Part shown: positions 6,131 to 14,326 of the stretch, in pieces
How positions within the stretch are numbered: the stretch's first letter is position 1
How the letters are laid out: each line of letters begins with the position of its first letter
Assembly: GCA_030754595.1 (NCBI GenBank)
Contig: JASLZZ010000068.1
Coordinates: forward strand, 1 to 24,530
DNA: 24,530 bases
Reading direction: 5' to 3'
From: Nitrospinota bacterium
GTDB lineage: Bacteria; UBA8248
The notes under the pieces: generated by a model
What the model was told of the DNA's origin: nothing
The model's database searches: none
Seen by the model: only the letters and a program-made list of their open reading frames with translations
Position numbers and translations under genes: made by a program

Positions 6131-8935
6131 GTGTCTTCGACAACCGGAGAAACGCGAGAGGCTTCGGCCGTTCGGCCGGAAATACCCGGGCCCGCCACTC
6201 CTCCCGTCCCGGAGCCCTCAGCCAAATTGGAGCCCTCAGCTGTCTCGAAACCCTCAGCCAGATCGAAAAGCGCAACCAAGAAGGCCGAAAAACCCAGCCC
6301 GGCCATGCGCCAATTTCTGGAAATAAAAAGCCGCCATCCCGACGTCATCCTGTTTTTTCAGATGGGCGATTTCTTCGAGATGTTCTACGAGGACGCCCAC
6401 ATAGCAGCGAAGGAGCTCGAACTTACCCTGACCTCGCGCCAGAAGGACTCGGATGGCGTGCCCATCTCGATGTGCGGCGTTCCCCTTCATGCGGGAGACG
6501 CCTATTCGGCCCGCCTCCTCGAAGCGGGCCACAAGGTGGCGATATGCGAGCAGGTGAGCACGCCCGCCGAGGGAAAGGGAATCGTCCGGCGCGAAGTCGT
6601 CCGCACTCTCACGCCGGGGACGGTGAGCAATCCCTTGCTCGTCGAGGACAAGGAGGGCTGCTACCTCGCGGGCCTCACGGCCGGGGGTGCGGAAGGGGAA
6701 GGAGGCTGGGGCGTGGCGTGGGTGGATCTGTCCACCGGCGAATATTGCGCCTCGGAGATCGTGGGAGAGCGCTCGGGCGCCCTCATGGCGGACGAACTCG
6801 AGCGGCTGAGGCCGAGGGAGGTGTTGATCCCGCCCGGCGTCGAAATGCCGCAGGCGGCATCCGAGCGTCTGAAGGCGTTTGGCGCGCGTCTTGAACAGCG
6901 GGGGGTGGAAGAGACCTGGAGTTCTCCCGCCGTCCAGCTCGCCGAACAATTCGGCGACGATGAGAGGGTCGAATCCGAGGCGGCGAACCATCCGCTGGCC
7001 GCCGCCGCCGCCGCTGCGCTGCTCGCCTATCTCCGGGAAATCCAGCCTGGAGGCCTTCCCCACCTGCGGCCGGTTTCCTTCCGGCGAATGTCGGACACCA
7101 TGTTGCTCGACGCCGCCACCCAGCGGAACCTCGAACTCGTACGCTCGGCGATGGATGGCGGCCGGAAAGGAACCCTGCTGGGTTTGATGGACGAGACCTT
7201 GACGGCGATGGGGGGCCGTCTTCTGAGGCGTTGGGTCCTCTCGCCGCTGATTTCCGCCGGGGCGGTGGCGCGGCGTGCGGATGCTGTCGAGGAACTCGTC
7301 GATGGCTTGTCCCGGCGTGGCGCTCTTCGCGAATCACTGGCCCGGATTCAGGACCTCGAGAGAATTCTGGGACGGGTGGGAATCCAGACGGCCAACGCCA
7401 GAGACCTCCTGGCGCTGGGACACTCTCTGGCCGCGCTGCCTCCGCTGGCGGATGCGCTCGCGGGCGCGGAGGCAGCCGAATTGGCCGATATCTCGGAGGA
7501 TTGGGACTCGCTCGAGGATTTGTCGGCCGAACTCCGCGATACGCTTCAGGACGATCCTCCCCCCCCTCTCACCATCCGGGAGGGCGGGATGATCCGGGAC
7601 GGGGTGGACGCCGATCTCGACCGCCTCCGGGCCGCGAGCCGGGACGGAAAGTCCTGGATCGAGTCCTATCAGAGTGAGGAGCGCGAACGAACCGACCTGC
7701 CGGTGAAGGTCGGGTTCAACAGGGTGTTCGGCTTCTATCTCGAGTTGCCCAAGCGCTACTCCGAGGAGGCGCCGATCGAATACACGCGCAAGCAGACCCT
7801 GGTCTCGGCGGAGCGGTACGTGACGCCCGAACTCAAAAAAATCGAGGACGAAATCCTGGGCGCCGAGGAGAAGGCGAAGGAGCTCGAATATCGTCTTTTC
7901 GGCCGCCTACGGGCCTGCGTGGCGTCAGAGTCCAGGCGGATTCTTCAGGCGGCGGACCGGGTGGCGCGGATCGACGCCCTCGCCGCGCTGGCCGAACTCG
8001 CCGTAATGAGAGGATATGTCCGCCCCGAGGTCAACGAGGGCGAGCATATCGATATCATCGAGGGGCGCCATCCCGTCATGGAGGCGGATATTTCCTCGGC
8101 TTTCGTCCCCAACGACCTGAAGGCCGGAGGGGAGCGGCAGATCATGATCGTGACGGGGCCGAACATGGCGGGAAAATCCACCTTCCTCCGCCAGTCGGCC
8201 CTGATTATCCTCATGGCGCAGATCGGAAGTTTCGTTCCCGCTGAATCGGCGCGCATCGGCGTCGTCGATCGGGTCTTCACCCGCGTAGGGGCGCATGATC
8301 GCCTCCTCGAGGGACAGAGCACCTACATGGTCGAAATGGTGGAGACGGCCACCATTCTCCGGGAGGCCACCTCGAGGAGTTTTGTCGTCCTCGACGAGGT
8401 GGGCAGGGGAACGAGCACCTTCGACGGAGTGAGCATCGCGTGGGCCGCGGTCGAGTATCTTCATGACGCCGCCGCCCACCGGGCGCGGACGCTTTTCGCC
8501 ACCCACTACCACGAGATGGCCGATCTCGCGAAACGGCTGCCACGCGTGTCGAATCTGACGGTGGAAGTCCGCGAGTGGGGAGATGAGGTGGTCTTTTTGC
8601 GAAAAGTGAGCGAGGGGAGCAGCGACAGGAGCTACGGAATACACGTGGGCCGGCTGGCGGGTCTGCCCCCCGAGGTCATCTCGCGGGCGCGCGATATACT
8701 CGCCGGGCTGGAAGGGGAAACCGCCTCTCCCATCGTCCCCGCCCATTCTTCCGGCAGCCCCTTGGGCGCCTCCGGGCAGGCAGATCATCAACTATCCCTT
8801 TTCGGATCCTTGTCCCCGGAAATCGAAGCCAGGCTGCTCGAAATCGACCTCGACGGCCTGAGCCCCCGGGCAGCGCTGGAAAAACTCTACGAGCTCCGGG
8901 CGCTCGCGGCGAAGGGCCGGGAAGGTGCCAAATAA
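6131..8935 (+). CDS. mutS: DNA mismatch repair protein MutS
   Basis: PAMRQF, FFQMGDFFEMF (FxE), TGPNMAGKST Walker A, STYMVEM, LDEVGRGTST, FATHYHE, SYGIHVG and a QLSLF beta-clamp motif. GTG start at 6131 with GAGGAG SD, 1 nt after the lapA stop. Confidence 0.96.
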   Translation: MSSTTGETREASAVRPEIPGPATPPVPEPSAKLEPSAVSKPSARSKSATKKAEKPSPAMRQFLEIKSRHPDVILFFQMGDFFEMFYEDAHIAAKELELTLTSRQKDSDGVPISMCGVPLHAGDAYSARLLEAGHKVAICEQVSTPAEGKGIVRREVVRTLTPGTVSNPLLVEDKEGCYLAGLTAGGAEGEGGWGVAWVDLSTGEYCASEIVGERSGALMADELERLRPREVLIPPGVEMPQAASERLKAFGARLEQRGVEETWSSPAVQLAEQFGDDERVESEAANHPLAAAAAAALLAYLREIQPGGLPHLRPVSFRRMSDTMLLDAATQRNLELVRSAMDGGRKGTLLGLMDETLTAMGGRLLRRWVLSPLISAGAVARRADAVEELVDGLSRRGALRESLARIQDLERILGRVGIQTANARDLLALGHSLAALPPLADALAGAEAAELADISEDWDSLEDLSAELRDTLQDDPPPPLTIREGGMIRDGVDADLDRLRAASRDGKSWIESYQSEERERTDLPVKVGFNRVFGFYLELPKRYSEEAPIEYTRKQTLVSAERYVTPELKKIEDEILGAEEKAKELEYRLFGRLRACVASESRRILQAADRVARIDALAALAELAVMRGYVRPEVNEGEHIDIIEGRHPVMEADISSAFVPNDLKAGGERQIMIVTGPNMAGKSTFLRQSALIILMAQIGSFVPAESARIGVVDRVFTRVGAHDRLLEGQSTYMVEMVETATILREATSRSFVVLDEVGRGTSTFDGVSIAWAAVEYLHDAAAHRARTLFATHYHEMADLAKRLPRVSNLTVEVREWGDEVVFLRKVSEGSSDRSYGIHVGRLAGLPPEVISRARDILAGLEGETASPIVPAHSSGSPLGASGQADHQLSLFGSLSPEIEARLLEIDLDGLSPRAALEKLYELRALAAKGREGAK
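6211..6264 (+). repeat. Three imperfect 18-bp tandem repeats in the MutS N-terminal extension
   Basis: GGAGCCCTCAGCCAAATT / GGAGCCCTCAGCTGTCTC / GAAACCCTCAGCCAGATC, encoding EPSAKL EPSAVS KPSARS. Confidence 0.75.
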
Positions 8936-8939
8936 CGGA

Positions 8940-8969
8940 TTGAGAGATGAGGGGGAAATCCGCTAGAAT
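8940..8969 (+). promoter_or_regulatory. Candidate sigma70 promoter for the DUF4390-kinase-REC/LpxC unit
   Basis: TTGAGA (8940-8945), 18-bp spacer, TAGAAT (8964-8969). The inverted repeat CGGATT (8936-8941)/AATCCG (8957-8962) overlaps it. Confidence 0.55.
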
Positions 8970-8992
8970 CTTCTCGTGCCCCGGGAGGGAGT

Positions 8993-9628
8993 ATGTACGG
9001 TAAAGTGATGAATTTTTGTGGATTATGGCGGTCCGTGGCGGCAGCCAGGAGATTTTTTGCCGGAACTCTCCTGGTTTCGGGGATGATGCTCGCCGCTTCG
9101 CCCGCCCTTGCCGCTCCCGATGGCAAAAGCGCCCCCGAAATTAAGGACGTTGCGGTCGTGGAAAAAAAGGGCCGCCTCCTCGCTTTCGTGTCATTGGGGA
9201 GCGCCTTCTCGCCCAAGGTGTTCGAGGCCCTCCACAGCGGGGTGACGACCCGATTCACCTACGAGATCGCGCTGATGCGAGACCGGGCCGTTCTCTTCGA
9301 CATCGAGATGGACCGACAAACCCTGACTCACCAGGTGAAATTCGACGCCTTGAAGAAGGCATACACTTTTATCTCCCAGAACGGATCGGACGAGAAAATC
9401 GAGAAAGTCACGAAGGTCCGGAAGAAAATGATGGACTGGATGGCAGAGATCAACGGCCACGCCATCGCGAAGACCAGGGCGCTCGACCCCAAAGCGCGGT
9501 ATTATCTACAGGTCCGCGCCAACCTGAACTCGGTGAAATTCGCATTTCCGTTCAACTACATGCTTTCGTTCCTGAACAGCAAAACGCCGTGGGCCGCTTC
9601 ACCGCTCTTTGGTGCGAGAGGTATGTAG
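8993..9628 (+). CDS. DUF4390-like exported protein
   Basis: Signal peptide ending ASPALA-AP. Patterns EALHSGV-x3-F-x-Y-x-I-x-L, VKFDALKK-x-Y and YYLQVRA-x-L...FPF...TPW. Lies immediately upstream of an NtrY-like kinase, the typical DUF4390 context. Confidence 0.75.
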   Translation: MYGKVMNFCGLWRSVAAARRFFAGTLLVSGMMLAASPALAAPDGKSAPEIKDVAVVEKKGRLLAFVSLGSAFSPKVFEALHSGVTTRFTYEIALMRDRAVLFDIEMDRQTLTHQVKFDALKKAYTFISQNGSDEKIEKVTKVRKKMMDWMAEINGHAIAKTRALDPKARYYLQVRANLNSVKFAFPFNYMLSFLNSKTPWAASPLFGARGM

Positions 9629-9632
9629 CGCC

Positions 9633-11897
9633 ATGTATCCCACGAGTATGGATTACGATGAGATCGCCCTTCGACGGCGCAAGAACATCCGGAGGGCGAC
9701 CCTCGGCCTGATCGGCTTCACCATTCTCTTGCTCACGGCGTGGATTTATTTCAAGGAGCTTGAGCCGGGAACGCCTCTGCTGAATAATGTCGTCGTATTC
9801 GCCCTCGTCAACCTGAACATTATTCTCTTGATGGTTCTGGCCCTGCTCGTCGTCCGGAACCTCGTTCGCCTGTACCACTCCTCTCGGCAAGGCGCCGGCG
9901 GTCTCCGCCTTCAGGCGAAACTCATCGCCGCCTTCGTGGGTTTCACCCTCGTCCCCTCGGTTCTTTTATTCGTGATCGCGAGCGGTCTCATCAACCAGAG
10001 TTTCAATACCCTTTTCAACATGAAGGTCGAGGGAGCGCTGAAAGGCTCTTTCCAGGTCGCCCAGACCTACTACCGGGAATCGGAGCAAAGCGTCATGGCT
10101 GCCTCGAATCGGCTCGCCAAGAGCATCGAGGCGAACGGGTGGGGGAGCCTCGAGAAGAAGGAGGTGCTGAAGGCCTACATCAAGAGCGTTCGAGGGGACC
10201 TCGAGGCCGATGCGATTCAGCTTTTCAGCGCCGATCGAAAAAGCCTGGCCTATGTTCTTCGCGACAAGCTGCCCTCGGCGACGAGCTTTTCCGCGTCGCA
10301 AGACTACCTCGAAAAGGTGCTTCAGGGCGAGACCAGAACGAGCGTTGAAAGCTGGGGGGGAGGGGAGGCGATTCATGGTGTCTCGCCCATCAAGTCCGGC
10401 GCCAAGATAATGGGATTCGTCGTCGTGTCCCGCTATATTCCCGAACGGCTGGTCGCGAAAGTCGAGGGAATCATCAACGCCTATGAAGACTACAAAGAGC
10501 TCGAACTCTCGAAAAATCCGATCAAGGCCAGCTACATCATTACTTTTCTTCTCATGACGCTGTTGATCCTCTTTGCCGCCATCTGGTTCGGTTTCTACAT
10601 CGCGCGCGGCATCACGGTGGCGATCGAAGAACTGGCCGAAGGCACCCGCGCCGTCTCCGAAGGCGACCTCGACTACCGGGTCGATGTCCAGGCCGACGGC
10701 GAGGTGGGAATACTCGTGAAGGCCTTCAACAACATGACCCACGAGCTTAAGGTGAACAAACAGGAAATCGAGGCTGCGACCCTGGACCTCCAGCGCTCGA
10801 GCGCCGAAATCGACCGCCGCCGGCGCTATATGGTGGCCATGCTCGAGAATATCGGAACCGGCGTGGTTTCCATCAACCGGAGGGGGAGGATCACCATTCT
10901 CAACAACGCCGCCGCGGACCTCCTCCGGATTCAGTCGGACTGGGCCCTTGGGCGTCCCTTCAACGAGGTGTTCAAGGTGCATCACCTCGAGCCTATAAGG
11001 CATTTGCTGCGGGCGATGCGCAAGAGAGGCAAAAAGAGCGTTTCCGAGCAGCTCGAGGTCCTGATCGACGGCCAGCTGAGGACCCTCCGGTCGAGCCTGA
11101 CCCTGCTCGAGGGCTCTGACGGCAGGCACCTGGGTGCGGTCGTCGTTTTCGACGATCTATCTGTCCTCATCCGCGCCCAGAAAGTCGCCGCTTGGCGCGA
11201 AGTGGCGCAGGGGATCGCTCACGAAATCAAAAATCCCCTCACTCCCATCCAGCTCTCAACGGAGAGGATGCGCCGAAAATTCGAACAGGATGCGGTGGAT
11301 TTCCCCGAAGTGTTCGAAATCGCCACCGACACCATCATCTCTCAGGTGGAAGGGCTGATGGATCTGGTAAACGAATTCAGCCGCTTCGCCCGGTTGCCGG
11401 AGCCCCGGCTTTCTCCCTGCGGCATCGGCTCCTTGATCGATCAGGTGGTGAATCTCTACCGGGAACGGCGCGGAGACATCACTCTCGAAAAAGAGATAGA
11501 AGGCGCACTGCCCTCGGTCATGGCCGACCCTGATCAAATCCAGCGTGTTTTGATCAATTTGCTCGAAAACGCATTCGATTCCATGGAGTCCGGAGGCCGT
11601 GTGACATTGCACGCTCATGCGGATGCCGAACGAAGTCAGCTGGTCGTTGAGGTGTCCGACGAGGGCGGCGGAATCCCCGTCGAGAACAAGGAGCTCATAT
11701 TCTCTCCTTATTTCTCGACCAAGTATCAAGGCTCTGGGCTTGGGCTCGCCATATGCCACAGAATCATCGACGATCACAACGGCGAAATCACTGTGCGCGA
11801 TAACCAACCGTGCGGATCCGTATTCCGCCTCACCCTGCCGCTGGCACCATCGTCATCGGAGCCGGCCAGCATCGAAAGGACGGCCGCGATTGGATAA
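9633..11897 (+). CDS. NtrY-like membrane sensor histidine kinase (TM-periplasmic-HAMP-PAS-HisKA-HATPase)
   Basis: Three N-terminal TM helices, a periplasmic domain and another TM. HAMP (IEELAEGTRAVSEGDL...EVGILVKAFNNM), PAS (TGVVSIN..GRITILN.AA), H-box AWREVAQGIAHEIKNPLTPIQL, N-box NLLENA, G1 DEGGGI, F-box FSPYFSTK and G2 GSGLGLAI. Confidence 0.93.
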   Translation: MYPTSMDYDEIALRRRKNIRRATLGLIGFTILLLTAWIYFKELEPGTPLLNNVVVFALVNLNIILLMVLALLVVRNLVRLYHSSRQGAGGLRLQAKLIAAFVGFTLVPSVLLFVIASGLINQSFNTLFNMKVEGALKGSFQVAQTYYRESEQSVMAASNRLAKSIEANGWGSLEKKEVLKAYIKSVRGDLEADAIQLFSADRKSLAYVLRDKLPSATSFSASQDYLEKVLQGETRTSVESWGGGEAIHGVSPIKSGAKIMGFVVVSRYIPERLVAKVEGIINAYEDYKELELSKNPIKASYIITFLLMTLLILFAAIWFGFYIARGITVAIEELAEGTRAVSEGDLDYRVDVQADGEVGILVKAFNNMTHELKVNKQEIEAATLDLQRSSAEIDRRRRYMVAMLENIGTGVVSINRRGRITILNNAAADLLRIQSDWALGRPFNEVFKVHHLEPIRHLLRAMRKRGKKSVSEQLEVLIDGQLRTLRSSLTLLEGSDGRHLGAVVVFDDLSVLIRAQKVAAWREVAQGIAHEIKNPLTPIQLSTERMRRKFEQDAVDFPEVFEIATDTIISQVEGLMDLVNEFSRFARLPEPRLSPCGIGSLIDQVVNLYRERRGDITLEKEIEGALPSVMADPDQIQRVLINLLENAFDSMESGGRVTLHAHADAERSQLVVEVSDEGGGIPVENKELIFSPYFSTKYQGSGLGLAICHRIIDDHNGEITVRDNQPCGSVFRLTLPLAPSSSEPASIERTAAIG

Positions 11898-13221
11898 GGC
11901 ACAAATCCTCATCATTGACGACGAAGAGAGCATTCTTTCGACTCTTGAGGGGATTCTCGAGGACGAAGGGTACCGGACCCTCACAGCCAACTCGGGCAAG
12001 ATTGGCTTGGAACTCGTGCGCAACGAAAAGCCGGACGTCGTTCTGGTCGATGTGTGGATGCCCGGAATCGACGGCATTGAAACGCTCCAGGCGGTCAAGG
12101 AAATGCACCCAAGGGCCGAAGTTGTTGTCATGTCGGGCCACGGCACCATCGAAACAGCGGTGGCGGCCACGAAACTCGGGGCCTTCGACTTCATCGAAAA
12201 GCCGCTGTCGATGGAATCGATTCTTCGGGTCGTCGATTCGGCGGTTCGGACCCGCCGGAAGAACAAATCCGCCCCGTCCCCCGGAAAAGGGAAACCGACG
12301 GGTGCGAGAAAAAGCCGCGCCATCAATACGCCGGGCGTGCACGGCGAAACCGCCAAGAGCGTAGAGGCAGCTGGCCGGAACGGTTCCTTCGAAAGACAGC
12401 AAATGACGATCCGGCGGAGCGTCGTTTTATACGGCCGCGGACTTCACTCGGGACTCAAGACGGGTCTCATTCTCGAGCCCCTCCCGCCGGACAGCGGCAT
12501 TCGTTTCGGGAACCTGAGCACTCCGGACACTATCGCCGCACAGGCGGAATTCGTCGATAACACCAACCACGCCACCAACCTTCGAGCCAAGGACGTGGTT
12601 GCCCGGACCATCGAGCATCTCATGAGTGCGCTTCATGCCTACGGCGTCTCCAATCTGCTGGTCAAACTCAGCGAGGAGGTTCCCATCCTGGACGGCTCCT
12701 CGAAGAAGTTTTGCCGCCTTATCGAGGACGCCGGGCTGGAGGAGCAGGCAGAGGAATTATCTCCCATCGTTATTGACCAGGTGTTCGAGACTGGAGAGCC
12801 CGACTCTCCGGATGGCTACATCAAGGTGGAACCGGGCGAGGGATTTTCGGTTTCATACGACATGGATCTTCCCGAGCCCGTCGGAAAACAGTCATTCGAG
12901 TATCGTCACGATAGTATCAAGGGCTACCAGAATGAGATTGCGCCCGCGCGGACATTCAGTTTTATTTGGGAACTCGAAGCGCTCGAGGAAATGGGCCTGG
13001 GCGAGGGGGGGCGCTGGGGCAATTTCATTCTGATCGACAGCGAACGTGTCGTAAATACCGAGCTCCGTTTCCCGGATGAGTTTGTCCGCCACAAAATTCT
13101 CGACATCATTGGAGATATGTACCTGTTGGGCCGCCCCATCGAGGGGAGGGTCTCCGCCTTCCGGTCGGGCCATCGCCATAATGTCGGCCTTGTTCGACGT
13201 ATCGCGGAGTCCTTGCTTTAA
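11890..13221 (+). CDS. lpxC: Response-regulator receiver domain fused to UDP-3-O-acyl-N-acetylglucosamine deacetylase LpxC (443 aa)
   Basis: TTG start at 11890 with GAAAGGA SD, overlapping the kinase stop. REC: ILIIDDE, LVD(54)VWMP, MSGHG, FIEKP. About 50-aa linker. LpxC: Q-x-T..GRGLHSG, TIEHLMSAL, EVPILDGSS, EIAPARTF, RFPDEFVRHKILDIIGD, SGH. No stop or frameshift between the domains. Confidence 0.92.
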   Translation: MDKAQILIIDDEESILSTLEGILEDEGYRTLTANSGKIGLELVRNEKPDVVLVDVWMPGIDGIETLQAVKEMHPRAEVVVMSGHGTIETAVAATKLGAFDFIEKPLSMESILRVVDSAVRTRRKNKSAPSPGKGKPTGARKSRAINTPGVHGETAKSVEAAGRNGSFERQQMTIRRSVVLYGRGLHSGLKTGLILEPLPPDSGIRFGNLSTPDTIAAQAEFVDNTNHATNLRAKDVVARTIEHLMSALHAYGVSNLLVKLSEEVPILDGSSKKFCRLIEDAGLEEQAEELSPIVIDQVFETGEPDSPDGYIKVEPGEGFSVSYDMDLPEPVGKQSFEYRHDSIKGYQNEIAPARTFSFIWELEALEEMGLGEGGRWGNFILIDSERVVNTELRFPDEFVRHKILDIIGDMYLLGRPIEGRVSAFRSGHRHNVGLVRRIAESLL

Positions 13222-13261
13222 TAGGCTGAACTCCCGTGTCATTTTTCCAAAGGAATCGCAC

Positions 13262-14326
13262 TTGGACGAACGACCATCCCTGACCTATCGATCGGCGGGC
13301 GTGGACGTATCCGCGGGCGAGAGTTTCGCCGAGAAAATCGCTGGCGCGTTGCGCTCGACCCACCTGGCGCACCCGGGGCGCATCCTGGGCGAGGGTTCCG
13401 GTTTCGCGGGCATGTTTCGCCTGGGGGCTTCTTATCGCGACCCCGTCCTCGTTTCGGGAACCGATGGCGTCGGGACGAAGCTCAAGCTGGTCCAGCGCCT
13501 CGGAGCCCACGCGGGGATCGGAGTCGATCTGGTGGCGATGTGCGTGAACGATGTCATTACCTCGGGTGCGGCTCCGCTATTTTTCCTTGATTACATCGCC
13601 TCGGGGAAACTCGAGCCCGAGGTCTTGGCGTCCGTCGTCGATGGAATCGCGCAAGGTTGCCTGGATGCCGGCTGCGCGCTCCTAGGCGGCGAGACCGCCG
13701 AGATGCCCGATTTCTACGAGGCCGGAGTCTACGACCTCGCCGGATTCGCGGTGGGCGCGGTCGAGCGGGAGGAAATCCTGGAGGCGTCGAATGTCAGGGG
13801 AGGAGACGTGCTCATCGGTCTGCTTTCCTCGGGGATTCACTCGAACGGCTACTCGCTCGTCCGGCGGGTGTTCGACGACCCCGATGAATGGGCCGGAGAT
13901 GAGATTCATCCAGGCCTGGATACCAGCCTGAAGGAGGCGCTTCTCGCTCCCACCCGAATTTACGCCTCGGCCGCCAACGCCATCAGGGGGCAAAAAGGCG
14001 TGCACGCCATCGCCCACGTTACGGGCGGCGGGCTCCCGGGGAACGTGAACCGGATCCTGCCACCCAGCCTTCAAGCGGTGTTTCGTCCCGGAAGCTGGCC
14101 GGAGCCTGGTATTTTCGGGCTCATCGAAAAACGTGGGCCGGTCCGCCGCGATGAAATGTTCGGAACCTTCAATATGGGGATCGGCCTTGTCGTCGCGGCC
14201 GATTCGGGCGCCGCCGGCGAGGTAATGGATGCCTTGAGGAAGTCGGGCGAGGCGCCGTGCCGCGCCGGCGAGGTTCGCGCGAGAAAAGAGGGGGCGGCTG
14301 TCGTCATCGAGGGAGTTGAGCCATGA
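13262..14326 (+). CDS. purM: Phosphoribosylformylglycinamidine cyclo-ligase (AIR synthetase)
   Basis: TYRSAGVD, GTDGVGTKL, DLVAMCVND, PLFFLDY, GGETAEMP, SSGIHSNGYSL, HVTGGG, FNMGIG. TTG start at 13262 with AAGGA SD. Confidence 0.96.
   Translation: MDERPSLTYRSAGVDVSAGESFAEKIAGALRSTHLAHPGRILGEGSGFAGMFRLGASYRDPVLVSGTDGVGTKLKLVQRLGAHAGIGVDLVAMCVNDVITSGAAPLFFLDYIASGKLEPEVLASVVDGIAQGCLDAGCALLGGETAEMPDFYEAGVYDLAGFAVGAVEREEILEASNVRGGDVLIGLLSSGIHSNGYSLVRRVFDDPDEWAGDEIHPGLDTSLKEALLAPTRIYASAANAIRGQKGVHAIAHVTGGGLPGNVNRILPPSLQAVFRPGSWPEPGIFGLIEKRGPVRRDEMFGTFNMGIGLVVAADSGAAGEVMDALRKSGEAPCRAGEVRARKEGAAVVIEGVEP

Noticed and set aside
11617..11889. 91-aa N-terminal extension of REC-LpxC in the ORF track
   Set aside because: It lies inside the kinase HATPase coding region. 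TTG 11890 has an SD and gives a typical receiver N-terminus.
12280..12360. Linker words KGKPTGA and VHGETAK as remnants of sigma54-activator GAFTGA and Walker A motifs
   Set aside because: Wrong order and spacing, in low-complexity sequence. No AAA+ remnant can be supported.
12403..13221. Stand-alone lpxC starting at internal ATG 12403
   Set aside because: No stop ends the receiver frame, the SD is weak, and this start would cut the conserved N-terminal Q-x-T motif. A minor internal start cannot be fully excluded.
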